Notes under the pieces: generated by a model | What the model saw: only the letters and a program-made list of their open reading frames with translations | What the model was told of the DNA's origin: nothing | The model's database searches: none | Part shown: positions 12,154-25,675 of the stretch, in pieces | Layout: each line of letters starts with the position of its first letter | Position numbering within the stretch: the first letter of the stretch is position 1 | Program-made: the position numbers and the translations under genes | Origin: Schmidtea polychroa | Lineage: Eukaryota | Assembly: GCA_044892525.1 (NCBI GenBank) | Contig: CM097888.1 | Location: forward strand, 35,526,001-35,590,000 | Direction: 5' to 3' | Length of the DNA stretch: 64,000 bases

Positions 12154-13899
12154 AGTTATTAATATCATTCGTCGGAAACGTGTGTTAACATTTATTAGAA
12201 ATCGCCAAAAATGGGATCTACTAAATTACTCTCGATTTGAGTTTGAAATTATTTCTTTTGAAAGTCTATTTTGAACCTCCGCTTATGGAGAATAACATTT
12301 ATTAATCGAATTTGGTGTAATTATTTATATTGAAATATAATTAAATAATTAAATAATTAAATGAATTAACATATATTAACATATATTTGGTGTAATCGCG
12401 AAGAAATAAAATTAATACTAAAATAAAAAATTTAGTAGGCGTGTATTGGCATTTTAGAAGAGGCAAAATTAACTGCACCCTTGCAAATAGTATACGTTAG
12501 GTAACATTAGATAACACTTTCTATAAAATCAACTGTAGTGGGTTACGACTTTAAGAAAATTTACCGTATTCTCATTAACTCGTATCCGTTCTAATACTTA
12601 TCCTTTCTCTCTTCGCAAATCTGCAATAACTATTGTTTACTACTAAATGCCCGCCGCAAGCGACGTTGGTACTGTTTTTAGTGGGTGGTCGTCAGCAAAA
12701 AGTGAGACTAATTTCAAGGACCGATAATGCTTTGACACACCTTTGGGTTTACGTGCTTGCCATAGAAGGTACAGTAGGTATATTTTTTGATCCGTTCTAA
12801 TACCATCGTTACCTGAACTATGTCATTGTCCTTCCTGATGTATTCGCAATTGTCAAACAAACGAGTAAAAGCATTTCATTAGTTACCGAAACTCAAGTCT
12901 ATAATATTTAAAATTTTATTGTTAAAATTCGAAAAATTAATTCAATCGCAATAGATTACTAATAAGCTAAATCACGAGATAGCAAAGTTGTATTAAAGCA
13001 AATTAAATTGTTTTAAGAGCGAGTAGAAGGCTCTCTCGGTTTCTCCGTCTTTCGTAATTCCCGGAACGAAGCTTCTATGGCTTTCTACGTACAGGCACTG
13101 GTGGCTAGTTCACAAGAACTAAGATGACCACTTGACTTCCGATCTCGGTATCCACATGAATTCCAACCCCCGAATCAGCCAACTTTTGAGTCTGGTTTCT
13201 GAATGTGGCCTTCAGGTCACAAATGATGCTCTGATTCTCCTCCAACAGTTTCCTATACTGCTAAATTCTTTGGTGTAGAGTCTTCACGTATTCAGAAAGA
13301 AGCCACGAGAATTCCATCCTCCTGCACCGTTTTACAAATTAATTAAAATTTACCATTATTTCGGTGTTTATTAAGAAATGCGATTTTTTTTATTTCATTA
13401 ACTGAAATACTACATTCCTCGGTAAAATCAGGGTTGTCTTCATAATTATTGATATTTATTTTTTTATGCATCATTAGTTTTTCGGTTTCCAAGCTACATA
13501 CGCCATAACTCAATCTTAGTCCAGGTGGTAATTTTGATAATAACTTTGACTTTTACAGCATCCATCAAGGAAGGCCTTGAAAACCAGAGTTTTAAGACAT
13601 AGGAAAGGGTCATATGAATCTAGGTCGTTAAACTGGCGGATGTATCAAAGAAGAATGTACAAAGAGTGTTGAATGATGAGAAAATGACAGATCCCAAGAT
13701 AGCCATTAAAAGATTTATATCGTCAAAAGATAAGATGATGAAATTTCATTGCCACAAGTGCAAAAAGGGTTAAAAATCCTCTCTTTAAGAGATCAAGTAT
13801 TACCCATCAATTGCCAAGCGTCGCCATCAAAATGGAGCTAGCCATCACAGTAAAGAGCAAATATCTGAACCTGTGAATATAACTTACCTACTAAATCAC

Positions 13900-14126
13900 A
13901 TTTATATTAATAAAGCAAGATGAGAATAGAATATAAGAATCTCGACCTGGATGTAATCATTATTACTGAAATCAAGAAACATAATTTGTCATTTGCCTAT
14001 CTAATACCAATTTTAGTGAAAAAATTTATCTCCAAATTTCCCCGAGAATCAACATTAAACCGGAAAGGAATAAGATTAATTTTAGTGTCTAGTGAATTGA
14101 CTAAAACTATGTTGCTAGAAAATTGA
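13900..14126 (+). pseudogene. Possible non-LTR retrotransposon APE endonuclease fragment
   Basis: LDLDVIIITEIK resembles APE motif II (PDII.ITE); the rest is degenerate. Confidence 0.35.
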
Positions 14127-14728
14127 AGCAATGTGGTTTAATCCCACAGACATAATAAATGCATCAGACATATACATTCAATTGGTCGCCTGCGAACCTA
14201 AGATTTGTTAGGACACTGGAAGTTCCATTCACGAAACTCACTTTTTGCTGACAGCTACCAAATTTTACACAGTACCAACGTGTGTCTAGGGAATAAAGCA
14301 ATTTAATGCGGGTTCAGTAACGAAAAGCGTAGTTGGTTAGGTTAGTTAGTCAGTTCACTAAACCCATTATTTGTTTCGAATCTTAATCATATGGATACAG
14401 AATCAGCGTTGTTTCTGACGGATGTAAGATTACTTAAGCTACTTTTCTCCGCGGTTTGGTCTTCAAAGATATCAAAGATTCATGCCAATACGAGCACACA
14501 ATGAAGAAGATTTTCAATGATTTAAGTGAACACGATTTATTAGATATTCATGTTTCATTAAAATGTATACAAAAATTTTAAAAAGTTTTTTATGAATTAA
14601 AAAAAATAATTTTAATAATAATCAAATTCTTTCTAGTTAAATGTGTAATTTAAAATTTAAAATATTTTAATTTATTTAGAATTTTGAGAATTTGTTTGTT
14701 TAAATAAAGTTTTATTTCAATTTTCTTT

Positions 14729-17700
14729 ATGTCTGATAAGGCTTTGGCAATAAGTTATGATACCTTTTTCAAAAGGTTTAGATTGCTTTCAAAATGGCTA
14801 AATGTAAGTCGTATTATAATAATATTTCCAAAGAATATCATTATTAATTGTCTATAGAATGAAAAGGCAGATGCACTATTAATAGTTAATGGAAATGACA
14901 ACATGGCCTACTCGAAAACGATGTCAATTCATGTAACTATTAACATTTTTATTTGAATCTAATCAATCTTTATTAGCAATGGCTTTTTGGTTATTCTTTA
15001 CCAAATAGTGCATTTATCATTTACGGAAAGAAAATGCATATTTTTGCCAGTAAGAAAGTTTGTAACTTTTTAAAGCCAGCAATGTCCTCTGAAAAGGAAG
15101 TTGAAATTTCAGTTTTGGAAAAAAGTAAATCTGAAGATGACAAAGAAAACGCTTTAAAATTTGTTAAATATATTGAAAATATAACTAGCGTAAACATTTT
15201 GTTGGGTGATTTTTATAATGCATATTTCTAAAATAGATTAAATCTATTGGACATTTACCCAAAGATAATTTCGAAGGAAAATTTTTTGATATTATGAAAT
15301 TAGTTTTAAAAGATATCAAATTTGAGTTTGTTAGTTTAATAATTTATTAATTCAGATTTATTTTCATTTTTCTAAATAGTTAGATGTATCTGCAAGTATT
15401 TCTAATTTATTTGCAGTTAAAGACGAGGATGAATTAGAAAAAATAAAGAAAGCTAGTGAAACAACTGCCAAGATATTTAATAAGGAACTAAAAGAAACTA
15501 TTTTGAATACAGTTGATGAAGGAAAAGTATATTTGATTATTGGTTAAAAAAATTTAATGGAAATAGAAAATAAAACATTCAGAGCTATCTGCAAAAACAG
15601 ATAAATTTGTTGAGAAATTTGCGAAAGGAGACATGGAAAGTTTAGATTTATGTTATCCTCCTATAATTCAAAGTGGTGGCAAATATAATTTAAAATTTAG
15701 TGTTGAAAGGTTCATAATAATTATTAAATCAACAATTTATCAAATCGTTACAGTGATGAGAATAATCTACATGCAGGGGTAATTATATGTTCTATGGGAT
15801 TACGATATGAATACTATTGTTCCAATGTTATCCGAACCCTCATGATTAATGCCACTGCCGAACAAAAGGAATTATACGAATACATTGTCGACAAATTGTA
15901 TGTATATGCCTTAGAACAAATCCAACCCGGTAAACAATTCGGAGAAGTCAGCAAAGCTATCGAAAAGAAATTTTCGTCGGATAAACCGGATTTAACCAAA
16001 AGCCTAATCACGTCATTCGGGTATAAGCGATTTATACATTTTAAATATTTTTCTTTCGAAATCAATATTTCTAATTTCTATAATGCAAATTTAAGTGAAT
16101 GTTCATATATCCGATAAAATACATTGTCCCGGTCCCCTTTATACAATTTTGGAGAACTATGTAATAAATAGATATATATAAAAATTTAAATTTCCTATTT
16201 TGGGTGTTATAATTGTAGTTCATTTAAATTCATATTTTCGCAGATACACAGTGTAAATGTTATTGATTAGTATTTTATAACATTTAAAAAACTTCACTAG
16301 TAATAATAGTTTGCTGTAACGTCTATTGTAACAACAACCTTATATAAGGGGTTACCTATTGATTCAGCGTGCATTTGGTTGAACATTACAAGTTATCTTA
16401 CCCTACTGTCAATGAGAGACTTTGTGACGAATGCCGATAAGCTCAAAATTTTACCAATACTTCAATATGAGCACCTACAGGATGTTGTTGAGTGCAGATC
16501 GATAAATTTTAATGGACATGTCATCTTGTAGGCCACGGGTTCATGTAGCGTTTCGGAATGACACATGCTGAGAGGTTGATCCTTGTGCCAATAGTTATTT
16601 AATTAGAATTTCCCCAATGGATATATTATTAAACTCAATGGAAAAAGGGTCCGCTAATGATTATTTATATGGTAACTTAAAGAAAATCCTTACATTTTTC
16701 TATTTTTATGGTGTTTTTAGAGACAATCAATATTTTTTTGTTTATATTTAGCACAAAATATTAACCAATTACAGAATTTTCCAGCATCACTTTAAATGTT
16801 TAAAATGACATTCCCTGATCAAACTAACATTTATTAAAATCAATAATAAAAACGTAGGGAATGATTGTTTTTCTTTTATACTGATCATCATTCCTAAATT
16901 TTTAATGGAACATAAAGCGACGGTGAGGTCACAATTGTCCACTATAGGTGTAATTAAACAACTTTAATTTGTTTTGTTCCCAATAGCTCCCAATATAAGA
17001 GAAATATACTGTATAATAGTACGTACAAATAAAGTCCAACTATAGCTGATTACACAGGGATCGCTTGATACTCAATTTAGGCGTAAATTTTATCTAAATG
17101 CTCATCTAATCGCAAAATCAATAACTGCTTATGATTTCTCAGCAAGGATAAACCCAAAGAACAGACATTATCATCCCTGTTTATTTCTAAACCTGAAACG
17201 GAAATAAAATTAACCTCTGAATACATATTTCCAAGAATTCGTGCAGTGGGACAGAAATTTTAGGATTGAGAAGGGATAGCGGAAAACCAGTAAAAGATAG
17301 TTGTGAAAGAAGTCGAGTTCAATTGTTTTCCCTTGAAACTTAATAGGTAAAAGCCCCCCCCCCCTCCTCACCCAACGGATCAAATTATTGTTAAAAGTAG
17401 TAATTTAAACCTATGAAATGACAGTCTACTCGAGTTCTAATGGATATATAATTTGTATAATTGAAACTTCTCATTTCATCAAGATTCTCTACCGGGGTTG
17501 AGTTTAAAGATCGATTTCTCGTCTTGGCCGGTAATTCACAAAGCGTTTTCAAGAAAGACATGGTGATAATATTCTATATCGGATTGCAAAACCTCGAAAA
17601 CAAAACCCCAACCGATAAGCGATCGAAAACCTATGCCATTTGGATAGGTGACACAATCGTTGTCGGTGGGGCGGAAACTCGAGGTGAAAATCCCGAAGTG

Positions 17701-20247
17701 GAAGTCGGTGGAAACCTCATATTGACATCTCTTGCCAAAAGAAGAAACAAACAGAATCTATTCCAGTTGAAAGATGAACCGACAGAAGATATTGCCGCAA
17801 AACCTTTGATGGAATTCGACAATTACGGACGAGGACAACGGCGTAATGTAACTGCTCAAGTCACTCAGGTAAATACTGTCTAATGTATAGTGCTAAAATC
17901 TGATGGTTTTTCGATTGATATAGGTCGACGAAACCAACGAAGCGAAGCGTAAGATCCATCAGCAGGAGTTGTTTCAGAAAATGCTGGAAGACTGTGAAAA
18001 ACGCCTGATGGGCGTAAAAACATCCGATGACAACACCAAGCGGAAAAAGAATTACATATCCTATAAATCACGAACAGCACTACCGAAAGACGATGCCATA
18101 TTCAATTCCCATGTGTTTATCGATAAACGCAACCACACGGTGCTGCTGTATCCAAACGGAGCGATTTCACCGTTCCACATGAGTATCATCAAAAATGCCT
18201 CGTTTACCGAAGAAGGCGACAAATCGTATTTGCGATTGAATTTCAATGCTCAAGGATTCAACACGCTGGGAAAAACCATAATCGATGAGGTGAAATCCAA
18301 TATATAATTGAATAATCGATAATAATTGTCCAGAACACAGAAGATATCTATCTGAAAGAGTTGACAATCAAAACATCCAACATGAAACTGACGAATTCTG
18401 CTGTCAATAAAGGCCTGGCTTTATCGAATGTGTTCCAGACATTCAAGGAGGAACAAAAGCGCTATAAAACATCGGAATTACAAGCCCAGGAAAATGCCGA
18501 TCTCGTTGTACAGGATAGCATACAAATGAACCCTCGAAAAGAGGTCCCGAAATTGAAAGATCTGTTTGTTCGACCGACAATGTCCAAGCAGCGGATTTCT
18601 GGCAATCTCGAGTGTCATCAGAACGGGTTGAGGTTTTCCACTATTAAAGGCGAGAATATCGATATTATGTTCAATAATATCAAGCATTCATTCTATCAAC
18701 CGTGTGACAAAGAAATGATCGTTTTAATTCATTTCCACCTGAAGGTTTGTGAATTTGTATATTTTATTGATTAAATATTACACAATGCTGTATATTCTGA
18801 GATATTTGGTTTGGTTTATACTTGCGAAAATAAAAATCTTTGGCGACCCATTGCCAAGTAAAATTAGCGCCTAAGGGACGATGTGAACCACGGACGATTA
18901 GGTGGTCTAGGCGCAGATTCAGCAGCCAACACTTTTGGGAGTATTTAGGTGTAAAAGGAGTTCTTTTTGGCAACTTCAAAAAACAATTTGACAAGCAAAA
19001 AACGAACAGTCAGAAGACGTCGGAATTATTATCGTTGTTGATTTGAAATCTTCTGCTAATAATTTTCAATTTTAAATAACATTTTAATGCTAAATTATGT
19101 TGATGATCTGGGGTTAATAAATATTTTGAAAAAATAAAATCTTTAAATTTTTTTGTGTTTTGGCGGCCTGCTTGGAAGGATCCCGCGACTTACAAGTCGG
19201 GAAACGCTGTAGTAGATAATTATTAAACAATAAATATATCCTATTTAGAATCCAATTGTGTACAGCAAGAAAAAGCAAATCGATATACAGTTTTACACAG
19301 AAGTCGGTGAAATGACAACGGATTTGGGAAAATTCAATCATATGCACGATAGAGATGATTTGGAATCTGAGCAGAAAGAAAAGGAAATGAGGAAAAAAAT
19401 CAATGAAGCTTTCCTTCGATTCTGTAACAAAGTCGAAGAGATTTCCAATGAACGAGTGGATTTCGATCAGCCGTTCAGAAAACTTGGCTTCATGGGTTGC
19501 CCGAATAGATCGACAGTGCTTCTGCAACCGTCGACATCGTGTTTGGTCCAATTGACCGAATGGCCGCCATTTGTCGTTACTATGGACGAGGTGGAGCTGA
19601 TATTTTTCGAACGTGTGAATCTGTCGAATAAAAGTTTCGATATGATTATAGTGTTTAAAGACTACAATGAGAAACCGGTAACCATAACATCGTTGCCTCA
19701 GGACAAATTGGATGACATAAAAAGCTGGCTGGATCATATCGATATTTTCTTTTCCGAAGGCGGTAAAAGTTTAAATTGGGTTAAAATTATGAAAAACATC
19801 ACCGATGATCCTAAGAAATTTCTCGAAGAAGGCGGATGGGCTCCTCTCTGTGGTGAAAGTGACGTAATGATTGCTGATTGGCTATTGGTTAACGGTTGTT
19901 GATGCGTATTTTTTGTGTTTTGCAGGAGGAATCTGAGAATGAGGATATGGAGGAAGATGAAGTCTACGAGCCGTCAGATGATGGAGATGAGGACGGTTCC
20001 GATGAATCCGGGGATTCTGAAGATGCGGCCGATAGTGAATTCGATGAAGGCGACGAGGAGGAATCGGATTCCGGGGAACAGGGATTGGATTCCGATGAAT
20101 CGAAAGGGATGGATTGGGATGAGCTGGAAGAGGAAGCTCGCAAAGGTTGATTTTTCTTTTATTCATTAATCAATTGATGCCCACATTTTAGCTGACATGG
20201 AAACGGAACCGGAAGAACCGGTAAGAAAGAAAAGGAAACATCGTTAG
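14729..20247 (+). CDS. SUPT16H: FACT complex subunit SPT16, multi-exon and apparently intact
   Basis: Starts MSDKALAISYDTFFKRF (exon 14729..14803), then QWLFGYSLP, LDLCYPPIIQSGGKYNLKFS and MGLRYEYYCSNVIRT. After a 1.46-kb intron (16021..17483) come GFSTGVEFK, KLKDLFVRP...GNLECHQNGLRFST, QFYTEVGEMTTDLG and LVQLTEWPPFVVTMDEVELIFFERV, an acidic tail, and last exon ADMETEPEEPVRKKRKHR* ending 20247. GT-AG introns. Confidence 0.95.
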
Positions 20248-20899
20248 AATTGTTGGAAATATTTCAAAGAGCATTTTATAAGAAAAAAAGAAAACCACTG
20301 TGTGTATTATTATAATAATTATTAATATTAATAGATTATCCTGAAATGTCATTGACTGTAATATATAAGCATTTTATGGGGCTGAATTTTATTATTTATA
20401 ATTGTAAATCATTATAGATAACTGCTCATCAAATCTGTGTGTGTGTGTGTGTACGTGTGTCCTAGAACCTATTTGTTATTAAATTTGTTTATAGTTTCAT
20501 TTTCATCATTATACATTTTCTATGAATCACATGTGACGTAAGACCAGGTTACGTTATTAAGAGTTATTTTAAAAATATTTGCTTTCCACTGATGTTTTAG
20601 GTATCCTATGGGATGTAATATTTGTAACGATGTGGGGATATATTTTTTAAAATTCTGAATATTGTATTTGTTGTTTGATGATATCTTAATGACGATATAC
20701 TGGATTACAGCTTTCTTTATTACAAATTCTAGATTATTTTAATATTAAAAGATCTATCAGCGTAATTAAAATACCTATAGCAATTATACGGCTTTTTAAT
20801 GTTACTGCCCGGATGTTTTATTACAGGGTAGTGCCTTTGCTGAAGTGCCAAGCTCTTGAACGACTTCGTGTATTTTGCGGCTTTTATTGTTTGTTTTCT

Positions 20900-21360
20900 G
20901 TATGATTTTGCGATTTATAAGGCACCAAATGTATCAGAGACTGATAACAAGAAACCGCTTGGACTACCGTTCAAATTATTCACGATAACAAAGAAAAAAT
21001 CAAAGCACGTTCGTAATCATCTGCGCCTTGAAGTTTCTCACATTTAACTTGGCTTAGAAACACCATTGTGGTTATATGGATTAATGACAATAACTAAGTC
21101 AGGTTGCTAATGAGCTAAATTACTTTCCACGAAAAGGCTAAAAATGTTTTAACGAATTTGAAGAGTGGTGGTACAATTGAATCGATGGAAGATGTAACAT
21201 TCCAAGTAAGCCTATGTTGGTTTGAAAAATTTAAAAATCGACACATTTTGTACAACTTAAAATTGGAAGGTGAAGCAGCTAGTGATAAAGATAACGCAGC
21301 TAAATTATATCCCAATATTTTGTAAAGAATTATTGAAGAAGGTGGATATCGACGTGAACG
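20900..21360 (+). pseudogene. Tigger/pogo transposase N-terminal (CENP-B HTH) fragment
   Basis: FQVSLCWFEKFKNRHILYNLKLEGEAASDKDNAAKLYPNIL*RIIEEGGY matches the Tigger pattern F.AS.GWF..FK.RH...GEAAS...IIEEGGY; contains stops. Confidence 0.75.
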
Positions 21361-24229
21361 ATAGAGGACTCCTGGAAGTGACTGACTGAACGCACGTATA
21401 AAAAAAATATTGTAAGAAATTAGGAACTTAGAAATACTTAGTAAATATATTATTTTTTTATTTTTATTCCAACATAAATTTAAACTTTAAATTTTACTGT
21501 AATATGAGAGTCTTTAAAGCTGCAAACTATTTAATTACTTCATCGAAATCAATTTCTTTCACCATATAGAATTTAATTGTTAATATCAAAAGACCAGAAA
21601 GTCTACTGTTTTATGGTACATCACAAACAATTCATTAGAAACTTCAGGTTTAAAAAATTCCTCCTACATGAACCTAAAAATGCACATATCGTAAAAAATA
21701 ATGGTAGGCTCACTGAGAGATTTAAGGAAGCTATGAATTTCATAACTCGAAATCCTGCTTGTCGATGGGTTCTTCAAGATCTCTTCTAAATTCAGGTGTC
21801 TTCATAGCCTTGGTATTTCTAATAAAAATCTTGGAAGTGGTCAAATTTGAAATCGAAACTAATTGCGTTTTTTCAATGGCATATTTCAAACTCTTTGCTT
21901 GAACAGTCTAACATGGCTGCCACTTACTTGATGGAAAAGGAAGGAAAACATTGTCTCAAGAGTTCCAATTTCTAAAGATTTGATTAATTTTATAATCGAA
22001 AATTATTTCATTTTATTCAATATATACTGCCGCGAAAGACTTATGTTATCATTTAATTAATATTGTTATTATTATAATTATTATTATTATTAAATTCAAT
22101 AAAATATTGTAATAATTGTAGACAAGAAATTATTTTAAGAAGTTCAACCTCCATTTATTTAATATGATTAAAAGTTCTAGCATCGAGATTATTTTTTATA
22201 CTGTTTTTACGGCTTTTCGATGTTACGGCCCGGATGTTCTATAGTTGAGAGATAATCAAAATATAATCAGTTGTTTAACTAAAATGATTATATCCGTTTG
22301 CAATGAATAAACACATCTATAATGTTAAAAAAATCAATAAATGTATATTATATAAACACACAATCTTACCTGTGTGTTGATTTTTATTAAACGTATATAA
22401 AATTTACACCTAATTCCGAAATATAAAAGTTTCTATAATCTTAAAAAAATCGATAAAATTATAATATGGGAACACACAAACTTACATGTGTTTAAAAATT
22501 TAATGTTCCAAAATTGAGTATAGGAATTGAGAAAATGACAGAAATATAATTTTATGTACAAACACATCGCACATAATAAAAAATACATGCAAATTTTTTA
22601 TAGCGTTTTTTGTTCCGAAACTTTTAAGTAATTAACATATTGTTAAGATATTATTATTTTTAATATATTAAAAAATCATGGGGAAATTTTTTTTATCTAG
22701 AATCGAACAACTCTACAGGGAACAATCTGTAGGGAAAAAGACGATAAATCATCGTAAGATTTGTTTATAAAATATTTTTGAAGTTAATATTTATTTAGAT
22801 TTTCCGATTTTTCTCTGGAAACGTTACCTATTTAAATTAAAGAATTGACAATCTAAAATTTATTCATTATTATTACAAATAATTAAATAATTTTACAGTA
22901 TTTCAGATATTTCTTGACAAACGCTTTTGTGTGAAAGTAGCATTTCTAATATTGAACAAAGTCATTCAACATCTATGGATTTACAGAAAAAAAATCAAAA
23001 TCGTAAATTTTAATAACTTATTTGAAAAAAATAATATATTCATAGAATTACAGAAAATGACAAAATTCGTCTTATCAATTTGAAAATGGGGAAAATTACG
23101 AAGAATTTAGAGAATTACTTGAAATCACCAAAAAATCGATTGGAACAATAATTTATAGATATAGAAAATAGGCGGAAGTTTGCAAAGGGAAAGGAGGTTG
23201 CAGATTACAAAATATTTCAGAAGAACTGGGAAATAATTGGTTGGATTTCCAATTTTTATGCATCTTTGAAAGAAATTAGAAGATTTCAAAAACTTAAAAA
23301 ACTAAATGTCTTAAAAAAATAAATGTGTTTGGTGATTACTTTATTTATTTATAGTTAAAAATATATCTGACTTATATTATATCGAAATAATTTCATAAAA
23401 ATCATAAAAAAAACCTAAATATTAATTAAATATAATTTATAATACAAATGCTGACTAAAAGTAATGATCTCATAATTATATAAAATCAAAATTCAAACCT
23501 TGAAAGTTACTTAAATTTAAAAAACTTACTTGACAACCATTTATAAAATTGAATAAATGATGTAAATAACTTCATTTTCTCATAAATGGTGAGTCATATC
23601 CACTGATGTGCACACCAACGTGTCTTATAGAAACTCTTATATTTTGGAATTAGGTGTAATATAGAAACTGAGAAAGTCGTAGGAAAAATTAACTGACACA
23701 CACAAACACAACATATAGTAAAAAATGCATGCAAAATTTCGATATGTAGAATCGACCAAATGAATAAGCGCACTATTATAAATCTTTTATAGAGATTTAT
23801 AGAAAAACATGACCGCAAAAAGTTTTGACAAAAATTCCGAAAACTCAACTTTGAGCTGTATAGATAATGAAGACAGTTATTTGTAAGATTTCTCTTCAAT
23901 TTTTGTTAAATTTAAAATTTTTTTAATATTTCACATTGCCCTGAAATTTCAACTTTACCGTCCGAAAATCTAATTTTATTTTATTAATCTAAATTTAAAA
24001 ATCAATATTTCTATAGGATTTCAGAACTGGATAAAATCGGATTAGTCAATGCAAAGACGAGGCGGCAGCAATCAAAATATTTCCAAAATATATGGGAATC
24101 AACTGGTAGATAATGCATAACGGCAAGAAATGTACATTTACATGATGTAATAAAATTGTATTGCTTCAAAAGCAACAATTTGCAGACTTTGGAAAAATCA
24201 TTTGATCTCCGTAAATAAAAGTTCGGCCA

Positions 24230-24570
24230 TGTGTCGCTGCACAAAATTCAAATGGCTTCCTAGAAAAAGAATGGAATATGTGATGCGATTCCAAGAAGAT
24301 GGCTGGCTCAACAGCAAATTGATATATATTGACGAATGTAGGTTTGACAAGCAAAGTGTTAGGAAAAAAGAAAAAAATTGAGCGTGTTTATGCAGCAGTG
24401 ACAAATAAGCGAGGACCAAATATGTCACTGGTTCTAGCTATTGGCTTCAAAGGGCAAATACATCAAACATAAGTTGTAGGATCCTACAAAAAGGATACCT
24501 ACCAACTTTTTATAAATGAACTAAATCCAAAACTGAATGATATCATTCACGATAATGCTTCAGTTCACAG
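24230..24570 (+). pseudogene. Tc1/IS630-like DDE transposase remnant
   Basis: LIYIDEC.F (24319..), RGPNMSLVLAIG, GSYKKDTYQLFINEL and IIHDNASVHR (24551..); disrupted. Confidence 0.7.
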
Positions 24571-24974
24571 AAGAGCATTATCACAAAACCATATTATAGA
24601 ACACATATATATATATATATATATATATATTGAATTGAAAAAAAGAGTTTGAAGACTATAAATCAGTAATATATCGATGCTTGTTGATACTCAAAAATTT
24701 TCGGCACTGCCTTTTTCAAGTGAGTTTGATCATTATTACATTAAATATTTATAGTTGGGGGATAATAAATTTATTTCGTATTTTATAATAACTTTAATGG
24801 TTTAATTATATTCTATTTATATTTTATTTTAATTACCCAAAAAATATTTCCTATTTTTTAAATTCTGTATTATAATTAAATTTTTAGTTTTTTAATATAA
24901 AAAACCAAACGTTTTTTATATTTTAAATATTCTTTTTAAATTTTAAATCTAATTAAATATTAATTTAACTATTA

Positions 24975-25671
24975 ATTTAGTTGAATGTTGATGGACGGTT
25001 TAAGTCTTTTGATATAAAGAGTCTCAGCGGCTAACCTTTGCAATGAGTTTCTGAACGCATCCTGTACCATTTTGCATTTTGTTTCGTGTAAGAGTGGTGC
25101 TGATTTGTGCAGTTTTTTCCAGTGTTCGCTCTTGACGTGTTCGTTTAGTCTTGTTTGGAACGTTCTAAGTGTTTTGCCTATGTACGATGCGTTATATCTT
25201 GTGCAAGTAATTTGGTAAACGATGTTTTTTAAGAAGCAGAAGCATTTGGTGGAGGATTGGCATATACAATCTCGATGAAATAGGTCTGATGTTAAAAATT
25301 TTTGAGACTTCTTGAAGATTCTTGCTGAAATCCTTAAAAATCTACTAAATTTTATCCCCTGTCATCTTAAAAACACAATCCAATTCGTTGCAGAAATGGA
25401 ATAATCACTTGGATTAATCGGCTTTTGACCTGATTACTAGGAATGATTTGACTAGGAATGGTTTGACAACTGGCTCCTTGAACGTTGTTTGCACCATATC
25501 ATGATTAATTGGCTTCCTTTGCTATTCCTTCGTAATAGTCCTAACTTTGTTTGTCTCCATTAATCATGCTGTCATGATAATGGTCTTCCGAGATTCTCAT
25601 TTTGTTTACTTTCCTGTTAATTGAGCTCGGATTCTCCATTGGCTCGGGTTTCCTATTAGCCAATTAATTAA
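24975..25671 (-). mobile_element. Penelope-like retroelement 3' remnant (GIY-YIG endonuclease)
   Basis: Minus strand IVYQITCTRYNASYIGKTLRTFQTRLNEH...AAETLYIKRLKPSINIQ is the PLE GIY-YIG signature. The upstream part is degraded and interrupted by the piggyBac. Confidence 0.8.
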
Positions 25672-25675
25672 TTAA

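Noticed and set aside
21577-21789. Possible second GIY-YIG/Penelope fragment
   Set aside because: Only a vague ERFKEAM..RNP resemblance; core motif not recoverable.
23594-23899. Hydrophobic ORF resembling GPCR transmembrane segments
   Set aside because: Overlaps a non-coding repeat shared with 22403..22600; hydrophobicity reflects T-richness.
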